From Micavibrio sp. (lineage in GTDB: Bacteria > Patescibacteriota > Minisyncoccia > Moranbacterales > GCA-2747515), in NCBI GenBank assembly GCA_020718085.1, contig DYDB01000001.1:117902-181901 (forward strand): a DNA stretch of 64,000 bases, in the 5' to 3' direction. Shown in pieces: positions 10,091 to 19,603 of the stretch (positions are counted from its first letter, which is position 1; each line of letters begins with the position of its first letter). The notes beneath the pieces were generated by a model. It ran no database searches. It worked only from the letters and a program-made list of their open reading frames with translations, and was not told where the DNA came from. The position numbers were made by a program, and so were the translations under genes.

Positions 10091-11095
10091 ATGAAAATCT
10101 TAGTTACAGGTGGAGCAGGGTTTATCGGGAGTAATTATATTCAGTACATGTTGGAGAAATATCCAAATGTCACAATTGTTAATTTGGATCTTTTAACGTA
10201 TGCGGGAAATGTGGCAAATCTGGCTATTGTGGAAAATGATGCACGATATTTTTTTGTAAAAGGTGATATTTGTGATGCTAAGTTGGTAAATGATCTGGTA
10301 AAAGACGTGGATACGATCGTACATTTTGCTGCAGAATCACATGTGGATCGATCGATCATGGATAGTAGTTCATTCGTGCACACAAATGTTGTAGGGACTC
10401 TTACACTTCTTGAAGCAGCAAAGAACAACGGCAATAAGCGATTTCATCATGTATCAACAGATGAAGTTTTTGGCTCATTGGGGAAAAATGATCCGGCGTT
10501 CAACGAATCAACGCCATACGATCCGCGCAGTCCGTACAGTGCGTCCAAAGCGGGATCTGATCATCTCGTGCGTGCATATTTTCATACGCATGGACTACCT
10601 ATTACAATTTCCAATTGTTCCAATAATTATGGTCCGTATCAATTTCCAGAAAAGTTGATCCCGCTCTTCGTGTCAAATTTGATCGATGGCAAAAAGGTGC
10701 CAATATATGGTGCGGGAGATAATATTCGCGATTGGCTCCACGTGAGGGATCACTGTAGTGCAATTGATCGCGTTGTGCATGAGGGCAAGATCGGAGAGAC
10801 GTATTGTGTAGGAGGAAATGCTGAGCGTACAAATATGCAGATCACACAAATTATTCTTACGGCGATGAACATGAACGATGAGATGATCGAATTTGTGGAT
10901 GATCGCAAAGGACATGACAAGCGGTATGCAATTGATAATACAAAGATCAAAGCAGAGCTTGGATGGGAACCGTCTGTGACATTTGAAGAGGGGATCACAC
11001 AAACGATCCACTGGTACAAGGAAAATCAAAAATGGTGGCGTGATATCAAGAGTGGTGAATATCAGGAGTACTATAAAAAGCAATATAGTGTCTAA
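10091..11095 (+). CDS. rfbB: dTDP-glucose 4,6-dehydratase
   Basis: TGGAGFIG, HFAAESHVDRSI, STDEV, YSASK, GHDKRY. Confidence 0.97.
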   Translation: MKILVTGGAGFIGSNYIQYMLEKYPNVTIVNLDLLTYAGNVANLAIVENDARYFFVKGDICDAKLVNDLVKDVDTIVHFAAESHVDRSIMDSSSFVHTNVVGTLTLLEAAKNNGNKRFHHVSTDEVFGSLGKNDPAFNESTPYDPRSPYSASKAGSDHLVRAYFHTHGLPITISNCSNNYGPYQFPEKLIPLFVSNLIDGKKVPIYGAGDNIRDWLHVRDHCSAIDRVVHEGKIGETYCVGGNAERTNMQITQIILTAMNMNDEMIEFVDDRKGHDKRYAIDNTKIKAELGWEPSVTFEEGITQTIHWYKENQKWWRDIKSGEYQEYYKKQYSV

Positions 11096-11175
11096 TATGA
11101 TGGCGTATTTTAGAAAATAAATATAATTATGCTATATTAATTATATAAGTAAATTAAATATTAATTAAAAAATCT

Positions 11176-11511
11176 ATGGAAAGAATGGGTATGCCACCGG
11201 TGGTTGGAGAAACGCCGGGAAAAAAAGAAGAAAAAAGAAGTGCTGATGCAATTGCTATGGGCTCTTTCAATGAGATGGGTCGCATGGCGATAGATGAAAT
11301 GAATGATCCAGTGGCACAAAAAGCTATGGATAAAGCTGTTGATGCAATGCATGAATTGGATATGGCAGAGATTGCAGCCAAGAAGGCTGAGGGTGGAAGT
11401 GGGCGAAGCCAGGAAGAAATTATAGCCTCATCTTTCTATTCTGCATCTGATGTTGCTAAGGAGGGACCAGAAAATGCAGAGGCTGACAGAAAATTTGCTA
11501 ACAATATGTAG
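11176..11511 (+). CDS. Hypothetical acidic protein
   Basis: Coherent ORF in AT-rich context followed by a hairpin; no recognised motif. Confidence 0.6.
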   Translation: MERMGMPPVVGETPGKKEEKRSADAIAMGSFNEMGRMAIDEMNDPVAQKAMDKAVDAMHELDMAEIAAKKAEGGSGRSQEEIIASSFYSASDVAKEGPENAEADRKFANNM

Positions 11512-11674
11512 GAAATAGGCCAGACAAAATATCTGGCTACGCAATTTTGAGCAATGAATAAAGCACTTCAAATCGGAGTGTTTTGTTTATTTCATAAGAA
11601 TAAATATTCGTATTTTGGCTTAAAAATGGTATTATATTTACAAGAGTCTAGATAATTTCTTTAAATAAAATACT

Positions 11675-12547
11675 ATGGGTGGTGGATTTGAGTTTTCATT
11701 AGGGGAGCAACCAAAGGCTGCTATAAAAAAAATAGAGAGAGCAGACATTTCTAGGGAGGTGATTGGAGAGGGGGAGACAGAAATAATAATGCAAAGGCAC
11801 GAAGCTTATATTCGCGATGTTGAGGATGAAAAAGCGGGAAGCTTAAAGGAAGAAGAGGCAAAAAAATCTTATGACCTGGCAGTTGAGATTTTCAAATCAA
11901 AGCTTGAAAGTTTGCTGGAAGATGAGCGGAGCACAGTAGACGTGCTAGTCATTGCCAGCAATACCCAATATGTAAAAGGCAGAAGAAGCGTTGAGACAGC
12001 AACTGAGGTTTTGAAAGGTGTCGAAGATGTTTTCAAGGCATATGGCCTTAATGAAAAACAAATTCTTAATTCCGGAGCAAGGCGCACAGGAGAAGAAAAT
12101 CGTCCAACAAAAAACACGGCTATATTGGAGCCTCAATTTATCGATCAATCTCCGGAGTTCAGGGAATTTCTGAAAGAAAAATATGGAGATGGAGCAATGA
12201 ACCAAAAATTTTGGCAAGCTTTTGAGGAGGATTGGGAAAAAGAAGAGCGTGAAAAAATCGGAGCTGAAGGTCCGGATGATATTTTGGAGCGCTATACTAA
12301 ATTTATGAATGTCTTGGCCAAGTTTTCTGAAGTGTATCACAAAAAACATCCCGGAAGACGTCTCATTATTTGGCCGACGTCCCACTATGACACCATTAGT
12401 CCATATGTTAAAAAAATGACTGGGATGGATACGAAAACAGATTACTTGCCGGTTGATTATGGTGCTGGGATTAGTTTGAAAATAGATAAAATGGGGAATA
12501 TGACAAGCAAGATAAAAGGTCAGGAATTTGTTGTTGAAAAAAATTAA
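11675..12547 (+). CDS. Histidine phosphatase-fold-like protein
   Basis: IIMQRHE (RHG-like), RSVETA, late SHYDTI. Confidence 0.6.
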   Translation: MGGGFEFSLGEQPKAAIKKIERADISREVIGEGETEIIMQRHEAYIRDVEDEKAGSLKEEEAKKSYDLAVEIFKSKLESLLEDERSTVDVLVIASNTQYVKGRRSVETATEVLKGVEDVFKAYGLNEKQILNSGARRTGEENRPTKNTAILEPQFIDQSPEFREFLKEKYGDGAMNQKFWQAFEEDWEKEEREKIGAEGPDDILERYTKFMNVLAKFSEVYHKKHPGRRLIIWPTSHYDTISPYVKKMTGMDTKTDYLPVDYGAGISLKIDKMGNMTSKIKGQEFVVEKN

Positions 12548-12557
12548 ATTAAAAAAT

Positions 12558-12700
12558 ATGTTTCAAGTGTTTTGCGACAGGGAAGACATTTTAGAAAAAA
12601 TCAAAAAAGAATATGTTGTTCACAATAGAAGTTTCTTATCTTAGCTCCATCTGGAACTGGGAAGGCTTATTTTGTTAAAAACCAACTTAGGAAAGAGGGG
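12558..12700 (+). pseudogene. Frameshifted N-terminal fragment of a P-loop NTPase
   Basis: MFQVFCDREDILEKIKKEYVVHNRS, then in a shifted frame LILAPSGTGKAYFVKNQ; truncated. Confidence 0.5.
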
Positions 12701-12757
12701 TGTAATATCAAAAGTGGAGAATATCAGGAATATTATACAAGACAATATGATAAGTAA
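12701..12757 (+). repeat. Diverged duplicate of the rfbB 3' end
   Basis: Encodes NIKSGEYQEYYTRQYDK* versus rfbB DIKSGEYQEYYKKQYSV* (11042-11095). Confidence 0.85.
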
Positions 12758-12767
12758 TAAAATATAC

Positions 12768-13250
12768 ATGAATCAAAAATATCTAGGCATCTTAGTCGCG
12801 TGTCTTGTGGGAGTGATTGTGGTACCAGCGCATTATGTGGTTTCAAATCATTATGAAATTGATATACGAGCATACTTTTTACCATTTTTTGTCGGATATT
12901 TTTGGGGTGCTATTGCGCAAGAAAAAAGTACCTGGCTTGCGTATTTTTTTACGACGTTGATATGTGAGTTTTTTCTGATTGCAATAATTCCAATAATTCT
13001 ATTTGCATTTCCATTAATTTATGTTTTTATTTTATTCTGGGTTGTCGTAGGTCACTATATAGGTATTTTTTTAAAAAATATTGGCGGTAAGAAATGGTTA
13101 CTTGTGTTAGGAGGCATCTTTTTTTGGGTTTTTTTAACAGTTTTATTTACTTTGTTGGAAAGCTATCACGGTGATATCCAGGATCCAATAGGTAAGTTAG
13201 AGATGGATACACCACCTATTAACAGTATGAGAATTGAACATAATTATTAG
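12768..13250 (+). CDS. Hypothetical multi-pass membrane protein
   Basis: About five hydrophobic helices. Confidence 0.7.
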   Translation: MNQKYLGILVACLVGVIVVPAHYVVSNHYEIDIRAYFLPFFVGYFWGAIAQEKSTWLAYFFTTLICEFFLIAIIPIILFAFPLIYVFILFWVVVGHYIGIFLKNIGGKKWLLVLGGIFFWVFLTVLFTLLESYHGDIQDPIGKLEMDTPPINSMRIEHNY

Positions 13251-13318
13251 GAGCACTCTATAAAAACGGGATAAATACACAAAAAACGCTAGAAGACATA
13301 AATATATATTATGAACGT

Positions 13319-14275
13319 ATGAATGATATTGATCAAAAGAAATTTGATGCGCCTCCAGAAATGGTCGTATATGCTGCGCCGATGCCGTTGAGTGCAAAGC
13401 TTGTCCTCATGATCGCCGGTTTAATTTTTTCTTTTTTTGTAAGTAAGCCGGTTTTTATTGTGGCATCTTGCATGTTGTGTATTTATTTTTACAATGTGAT
13501 CGCACAAAAGATCGTTTATCGACGAGCCTTCAAAGCATTGGAAAATCAACCGCCAGATGAATTGCGTCCGGCAGAGATTGGCATGCTTTATGATCATCGT
13601 CAAAGTGTGTGGGAAGTGGTATCAGTATATTTATATTTGATCGCACATAAATTTATTGACGTGGAAATTCGCAAGGTGGGAGAGGGATTGTTGGCCGGAG
13701 AACATGTATTGCGTGTAACTGACAAAGATCGTTCAGTATTGCGACAATATGAGCGTGATCTGCTTGCGAGTATTTTTGCTGAGGGTGCAGAAGTGACAAC
13801 AATGGATGTCCGCAACCAAGCAATTGTCAACGCACGTCTGACACATGGCATAAAGCAATTCATGCAACAACAAGGATATTACTTTTTTGACAATACATTC
13901 ACAATAGATACATACGAGCAGGCACAACGCAAGAAATTGACGCGTTTTTTCAGTAACTGGAAACATTTTTTTTCGATAGGCAAAGGTGATGCAATGTATG
14001 TAACACTGAAAGGAAAAGAATTGTGGATGCGCACTGCGGGATTTAAGCATTATCTGAAAGTTGCGGAAAAAACACGCGTTAAATTTCACACTGATCCAAA
14101 CCAAAAACAAAATATCTATATTGATGAGATGGCACCTTATGCCGTGGCCTTGGGTATAGATACGGAATGGACCAATGAACTTTTTGGTTGGGAAAAAGTG
14201 GAAAAAACGTCACAGCACAAAGGAGATTGGGGATATGTTTTGAAAAAGATCAAGGAGCAGCAGAATAAGAAATGA
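13319..14275 (+). CDS. DUF2207-like membrane protein
   Basis: PPDELRPAEIG, GFKHYLKVAE, PYAVALG motifs. Confidence 0.75.
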   Translation: MNDIDQKKFDAPPEMVVYAAPMPLSAKLVLMIAGLIFSFFVSKPVFIVASCMLCIYFYNVIAQKIVYRRAFKALENQPPDELRPAEIGMLYDHRQSVWEVVSVYLYLIAHKFIDVEIRKVGEGLLAGEHVLRVTDKDRSVLRQYERDLLASIFAEGAEVTTMDVRNQAIVNARLTHGIKQFMQQQGYYFFDNTFTIDTYEQAQRKKLTRFFSNWKHFFSIGKGDAMYVTLKGKELWMRTAGFKHYLKVAEKTRVKFHTDPNQKQNIYIDEMAPYAVALGIDTEWTNELFGWEKVEKTSQHKGDWGYVLKKIKEQQNKK

Positions 14276-14712
14276 GCATGGAAATGAAAAGAAATATACA
14301 TAAATTCTTCTACGATATTTATGTGGATGTGACAATTGTGCTTGCAGCATTGTTGTATGCGACATTGCATTACAAGGATAATATATGGAGCATTATCGGC
14401 ATTTGTCTTGTGTGTGTATCGGTAATATTGTGGATCATTGCCAGAACCCAGCTTGGAGATGCTTTTTCTGTTGAGCCGAAAGCACGTTCATTGGTAGTGA
14501 AAGGATTGTATGCAAAAATACAACACCCGATGTACATTTTTTCTTTTCTGGCGACAGTGGGGGTTTTGCTGATGTTACAAAATATGTATCTGTGCATAAT
14601 ATTGCCGGTCATGGCAGTAGTTCAGATCAAAAGAATAATGACGGAGAATGCACTCTTGAAAAAAATGCATGGTAGTGTATATGATACATATGTAAAGAAT
14701 ATATGGTTCTAA
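14272..14712 (+). CDS. ICMT/PEMT-family membrane methyltransferase
   Basis: LVVKGLYAKIQHPMY motif, TM helices. Confidence 0.8.
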   Translation: MSMEMKRNIHKFFYDIYVDVTIVLAALLYATLHYKDNIWSIIGICLVCVSVILWIIARTQLGDAFSVEPKARSLVVKGLYAKIQHPMYIFSFLATVGVLLMLQNMYLCIILPVMAVVQIKRIMTENALLKKMHGSVYDTYVKNIWF

Positions 14713-14767
14713 AATTGATCTTGAGAGACATCTTTGAAAAACAATGAAAGTTTTCTTGATTGAAATA

Positions 14768-14817
14768 TTGTCATAATTTTTTTATTATGATATTATATCA
14801 ATATAAATTGATATAAT
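14768..14817 (+). promoter_or_regulatory. Promoter and ArsR/SmtB-type operator
   Basis: TTGTCA-17-TATTAT overlapped by the palindrome ATTATATCAAT-ATAA-ATTGATATAAT (14792-14817). Confidence 0.7.
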
Positions 14818-14827
14818 GGTCATTGAT

Positions 14828-15133
14828 ATGTCATTAACGTGTTTTAAGAATAAAAAATCTGTACAGGAATTGTCGGAAACGGCGGATTTTTTGAAGGTGA
14901 TCGCGGAAGAAAACCGTCTCAAGATCTTATGTATGCTCAGAAATGGTGAAAAATGTGTATGTGAGATCTGGCAATATTTGGATCTGCCACAAAACCTCAC
15001 GTCACATCATCTCAAGATCTTGCGAGACCAGGGATTGATCAGTGCGCGCAAAGATGGACAAAAGATCTATTATGCGACTGATAAGGAAATCTTATCGCGA
15101 TATGCAAAATTGTTGCATAATTATTTAAAATAA
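14828..15133 (+). CDS. ArsR/SmtB family metalloregulator
   Basis: RLKIL, EKCVCEI, SHHLKILR; alternative start at 14816. Confidence 0.92.
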   Translation: MSLTCFKNKKSVQELSETADFLKVIAEENRLKILCMLRNGEKCVCEIWQYLDLPQNLTSHHLKILRDQGLISARKDGQKIYYATDKEILSRYAKLLHNYLK

Positions 15134-15143
15134 ATAGAAGATT

Positions 15144-16103
15144 ATGAATATTTTTTACCCCATTCAATTATTTTCAGACATTGTTACATATCATTTTTTA
15201 GGATTATCTCATGATGATGTATTGGGTGAGACAATAAACTATTTTATTTTTGACTCGATTAAGATATTTTTCCTTCTCGCGGTGATCATTTTTGTTGTGT
15301 CGATCATCCGAACATTTTTAGCACCTGCAAAGATTCGTGCTTTTTTGGCGGGACACAATAAATTTGTGGGGCATGTCATTGCAGCGGTGACTGGTGTTGT
15401 GACCCCGTTTTGTTCATGTAGCGCGGTGCCGCTATTTTTGGGATTCGTAGAGGCTGGTGTGCCATTGGGTATTACATTTTCATTTCTCATTGCTTCGCCG
15501 ATGATCAATGAAGTTGCGCTCGTCATGTTAATTGGCAGCTTTGGATTAAAAATCGCACTGATCTATATTGTGAGCGGATTTCTGATCTCTATCATAGCGG
15601 GATTGGTGATCGGGCGTATGCGTGTGGAACATTTGATTGAAGATCTTGGAAAGTATAAGGGTCAGGATAGCGATATGACATACACATCCTGGAAAAGTCG
15701 CATACAATATGCGCGAGGATATACATGGGACATTATTACAAAAGTTGGAGCATATATTATTATCGGTGTGGCAATTGGTGCGTGGATCCATGGTTATGTA
15801 CCGGCTGATTTTCTTGTGACGTATGCTGGCTCGAATGTGTGGTACGCCGTACCACTGGCAACGCTTGTGGGTATTCCGCTTTATGCTAATGCTGCGGGTG
15901 TCCTGCCAATTGTGAGCGCACTTTTTGCAAAGGGTGTGGCACTTGGTACGGTATTGGCATTTATGATGGCTGTGACAGCTTTGTCTTTGCCGGAATTCCT
16001 TATTTTGCGCAGGATCATGAAGCCAAAACTAATCGCGATCTTTGCGTGTGTCGTTGGTATGGGAATTATTTTTACAGGATATATATTTAATGCCATAATA
16101 TAA
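15144..16103 (+). CDS. ArsP/DUF318-family permease
   Basis: TPFCSCSAVP, FLIASPMINE, SLPE motifs; adjacent to ArsR. Confidence 0.9.
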   Translation: MNIFYPIQLFSDIVTYHFLGLSHDDVLGETINYFIFDSIKIFFLLAVIIFVVSIIRTFLAPAKIRAFLAGHNKFVGHVIAAVTGVVTPFCSCSAVPLFLGFVEAGVPLGITFSFLIASPMINEVALVMLIGSFGLKIALIYIVSGFLISIIAGLVIGRMRVEHLIEDLGKYKGQDSDMTYTSWKSRIQYARGYTWDIITKVGAYIIIGVAIGAWIHGYVPADFLVTYAGSNVWYAVPLATLVGIPLYANAAGVLPIVSALFAKGVALGTVLAFMMAVTALSLPEFLILRRIMKPKLIAIFACVVGMGIIFTGYIFNAII

Positions 16104-16125
16104 GCGCAAACATTGATAAGAAAAT

Positions 16126-16680
16126 ATGAAAAGATTGTTTATTATACATCGGTGGGATGGCTCACCGGAGAAGGATTGGCTGCCATGGGCAAAAGAAGCA
16201 TTTGAGAAAAAAGGCTTTGACGTGATCGTACCGCTTATGCCACATCCGGATGAACCAATGATTGAAGAGAGAGTTCCTTTTCTAGCACAACTTGTGGGTG
16301 AAATGGATGAGAACACATTTTTTATCGGACATTCTATAGGGTGTCAGACGATCATGCGTTGTATAGAAAGCGTGTCTCCCAAAAAAGTTGGGGGCATTAT
16401 TTTTGTGGCTGGTTGGTTTAATCTGATCAATCTTGAAGATGAGGAGAGCAAAAGAATTGCCAAACCATGGGTTGAGACACCGATTGATTGTGAAAAAATA
16501 AAAAATGCATGTGAAAATATCACAGCGTTCCTATCTGATGATGATCCGTTCGTGCCGCTTTCGGATAAAGAAATTTTTGAACAAAAATTGGATGCAAAAG
16601 TAATTATAGAAAAGAAAAAGGGTCATTACACAAAGCGTGACGGTGTGATAAAATTACCGGAAATTTTGGATATATTTTGA
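16126..16680 (+). CDS. YdeN/RBBP9-family alpha/beta hydrolase
   Basis: GHSIGC nucleophile motif, SDDDPFV, GHY. Confidence 0.88.
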   Translation: MKRLFIIHRWDGSPEKDWLPWAKEAFEKKGFDVIVPLMPHPDEPMIEERVPFLAQLVGEMDENTFFIGHSIGCQTIMRCIESVSPKKVGGIIFVAGWFNLINLEDEESKRIAKPWVETPIDCEKIKNACENITAFLSDDDPFVPLSDKEIFEQKLDAKVIIEKKKGHYTKRDGVIKLPEILDIF

Positions 16681-16830
16681 GTTAGATACGCATTTGCTTT
16701 TTGGAAAAAGGTGAATAGTTAAGAATCTGATACTTGATTTTTCATATAAAGTATGATAGTGTACGCAGTCGGTTTTTGGAATGTTATTTAATAAGATCAC
16801 TTATCTTTTATAACCTTGGTGGAGGTGAAC

Positions 16831-18033
16831 ATGCTGAAAGACGGTACAGATTTGATCGTTTTGCCAAACAGTCCCTTTTGGGATGTGTTTAAGCGATTTG
16901 GCAGTGATGAGGTGTTGGCACTTATCATAAATTCCGGTGCAACCTTTCTGTTGGGATTGTATTTTGTACATACGCCGGGAACGGAAATTGTTGCAAACTT
17001 TGTCGGAGTGCATATCACGTTAAATGTTTTGTTTTCACTCATTGGTCCGGTTGTGGAAAAAGTTGGATTTTTCCCCTTGCATTTTTGGGAAGCATGGAAG
17101 ATCTACAGATCAACCGTGAAAGAAAATAGACGGAAGTTGTGTTATTATTTTCGCGGAGCATTAAAGAACGGCAGTAAAAGTTTGATGCAAGATGTTTTGG
17201 TGCATGATCCGGTGTATATCGCGATCATGTATGTGGGATTGTTTTGTCTACCGGAAACGCCTGCATGGCTTTTGTCCTTTTTTAGTTTTGTTGTAGCTGT
17301 GTTCATTGTGGCTGGTGGTGAGGTAAGTGTTGTGGAATTGCTTTATGTCAGATTTAAACGAGCGTTAAAAAAATTGGGATTTAGTGAGATATCCTATCTC
17401 GAATCTCGATTCTATTTTGATTCTCATACGTCGGCAAAAAACATATTCAACATGCTTGTTGCGCGATATGAGCTTGCCACTATGGGAGTTGATGGCACCG
17501 TCATTAGTCAGGGCCCATCTGTCAGTCAATATTGCGATCGCTATATTGGCAATAAACTGTCGGTTTATAATGCCAGAAGACCTCGCGTACGTTTCAGGCA
17601 ACGAGATTCGCGGGTGGACAAAAAAAGTTTGATGTCCATTCAGATCGTGTTTACGCTCACAAAGGAAATGGATCGGAGGGAGGTGACACAATATCGATAT
17701 TTTCCAATTCGGAAAGACAAGCTTTATTGCAGATTTCCCGGATGCATGTGTGAAAATGTCATTGACGCACTTGGTTCATCCACAAGAAAATTTCTGAAAA
17801 GATTTTTTGTTCCAACAGACGTGATCGATGTGCAGTTCTCTCGCATGGTCGCGAATAATCCGGAGACGATCCTTGTTTCATTGGATCAAGTTGGCGACGT
17901 GTCGATTCTGGAAATAAAAGCGTATGTGGGCAAAGAAGCAGTCTTGAAAGAGGCAATGCGCTTGGCCATGCATCATGGAGGTCAACAAACGACACATGAT
18001 AAACATATAATTATGTGTACGTGTACAAATTAA
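16831..18033 (+). CDS. SD-led membrane protein with CYTH/VTC-like C-terminal domain
   Basis: GGAGGT SD; N-terminal TMs; YLESRF, DRY, RVRFRQR, ILEIK pattern. Confidence 0.55.
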   Translation: MLKDGTDLIVLPNSPFWDVFKRFGSDEVLALIINSGATFLLGLYFVHTPGTEIVANFVGVHITLNVLFSLIGPVVEKVGFFPLHFWEAWKIYRSTVKENRRKLCYYFRGALKNGSKSLMQDVLVHDPVYIAIMYVGLFCLPETPAWLLSFFSFVVAVFIVAGGEVSVVELLYVRFKRALKKLGFSEISYLESRFYFDSHTSAKNIFNMLVARYELATMGVDGTVISQGPSVSQYCDRYIGNKLSVYNARRPRVRFRQRDSRVDKKSLMSIQIVFTLTKEMDRREVTQYRYFPIRKDKLYCRFPGCMCENVIDALGSSTRKFLKRFFVPTDVIDVQFSRMVANNPETILVSLDQVGDVSILEIKAYVGKEAVLKEAMRLAMHHGGQQTTHDKHIIMCTCTN

Positions 18034-18063
18034 GCACTCATGTAGTGATAAATACACATAAAT

Positions 18064-18100
18064 AGCACCAATTCTCTTGCTATGAGGATTGGTGCTTTTT
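18064..18100 (+). terminator. Intrinsic terminator
   Basis: AGCACCAATTCTC/GAGGATTGGTGCT plus TTTT. Confidence 0.7.
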
Positions 18101-18266
18101 CATTGTAATGTATGTATAAAGGCCTTAAATGTATATTTTGATAATTTTTGTTGGAAAGGTTAATTAGATGTATTATATATGTAGTAATTAATGTGCGTGC
18201 AATTAAATATATTAAAAAAGTACGCAGAACAAGTCTAAATTTAGTTAATCAATAATATTGAACTTT

Positions 18267-18647
18267 ATGAATAAGCAAAAAATATTCATGATCATAACGA
18301 TCGCTATAGCATTGGTTGGAGTGGGATCATATTTTCTTTTGCCAGATGAATCGGCAAAGAATTCATTGCCGACTGATATTGTTTTCTATTATGGCGATAC
18401 ATGTCCACACTGCAAAAAGGTAGATGAATATGTAGTTCAGAACAATGTACAAGAAAAAATGCCTTTTGTGCAAAAGGAAGTGTATAATGATGAAAAAAAT
18501 TCTGCAGAGCTTGCAAAAATTGCGGAAAAATGCGGCATGGCTGCAGATGAGGTGGGTGTGCCGTTTCTATGGGCTGATCAGCAGTGTTTTGTGGGGGATA
18601 AAGATATCATTGATTATTTTTCACAGAAAATTGAAACACAACAATAA
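18267..18647 (+). CDS. Membrane-anchored glutaredoxin/thioredoxin-like protein
   Basis: N-terminal TM, CPHC, GVPF, GD motifs. Confidence 0.8.
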   Translation: MNKQKIFMIITIAIALVGVGSYFLLPDESAKNSLPTDIVFYYGDTCPHCKKVDEYVVQNNVQEKMPFVQKEVYNDEKNSAELAKIAEKCGMAADEVGVPFLWADQQCFVGDKDIIDYFSQKIETQQ

Positions 18648-18655
18648 TATATTTT

Positions 18656-18997
18656 ATGACGAATGCGAAAGATTTTTTACATAAACCTGTATCTGTGACA
18701 GTTGATCGACCGATGGGTTCACGCCATCCCACACACGGCTTTTTTTATCCTGTAAATTATGGCTACGTAAAAGATACGATCATGCCGGATGGGGAAGAAT
18801 TGGATGTCTATGTCCTAGGTATTTTTGCACCGTGTGATAAATTTGATGGTGTATGTATTGCATATATTCAAAGATTGGATGAAATGGATGATAAATTGAT
18901 CGTGGTACCTAAGGGAGTGACATATAACGATATGCAGATCCGTGCACTCACAGAATTCCAAGAACAATTTTTTCGCTCACGCATTATTCGTTTGTGA
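18656..18997 (+). CDS. Short family I inorganic pyrophosphatase
   Basis: YPVNYG, DGEELDV, DDKL. Confidence 0.85.
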   Translation: MTNAKDFLHKPVSVTVDRPMGSRHPTHGFFYPVNYGYVKDTIMPDGEELDVYVLGIFAPCDKFDGVCIAYIQRLDEMDDKLIVVPKGVTYNDMQIRALTEFQEQFFRSRIIRL

Positions 18998-19004
18998 TAT
19001 TTTT

Positions 19005-19550
19005 ATGAACATTCCAAAACAATATAGATCATTGCAATATGTACATGATATTGAATGGCGGGATGTTTTTGCTGTGTGGCGTTCTTATGAGGCTTATCAA
19101 AAAGGATGGGAGACGCATTGGGTGGAACGAGGATTTGATTCATGGGATGCATGGCGAGGTAATTATGCCGCACCACTTTTACCAGAAAAACGTGTATGGA
19201 AAGTATATCGAATTGCAGATCCCTTGTGTGATGTGCCGCTGATGTATGGTGTGCCGTCACGTGGATGGCAAGCAAAATGTTATGATGGCATGCCAACAAA
19301 AATGATTGCCGATATTTTATTACATTCGACCGTAGCAAATAATCCAAAAATATCCGCTGTGCAAGAGAATTTTCCGTTTCAAACAATGTTCACGGGCATA
19401 GTACACAAAGAAAAGATCATTCTGGTAGAAGGCATGCACCGTGCATGCGCATTGGCGCGCATGAGAGAATATGCAGGTGATGTGGTTATTGCTCTTGCAA
19501 TGTATGATGGTGACATTCCGTCAATCGGTAAGGGTGATGTGGTTTTGTAG
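19005..19550 (+). CDS. Hypothetical protein with ParB/Srx-like motif
   Basis: ILVEGMHRACAL resembles the DGHHR motif. Confidence 0.5.
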   Translation: MNIPKQYRSLQYVHDIEWRDVFAVWRSYEAYQKGWETHWVERGFDSWDAWRGNYAAPLLPEKRVWKVYRIADPLCDVPLMYGVPSRGWQAKCYDGMPTKMIADILLHSTVANNPKISAVQENFPFQTMFTGIVHKEKIILVEGMHRACALARMREYAGDVVIALAMYDGDIPSIGKGDVVL

Positions 19551-19603
19551 GGTTTTTGTGTGTTATAATAAAAAATGAAATACATAACTTTTAAAACAAA
19601 AAT

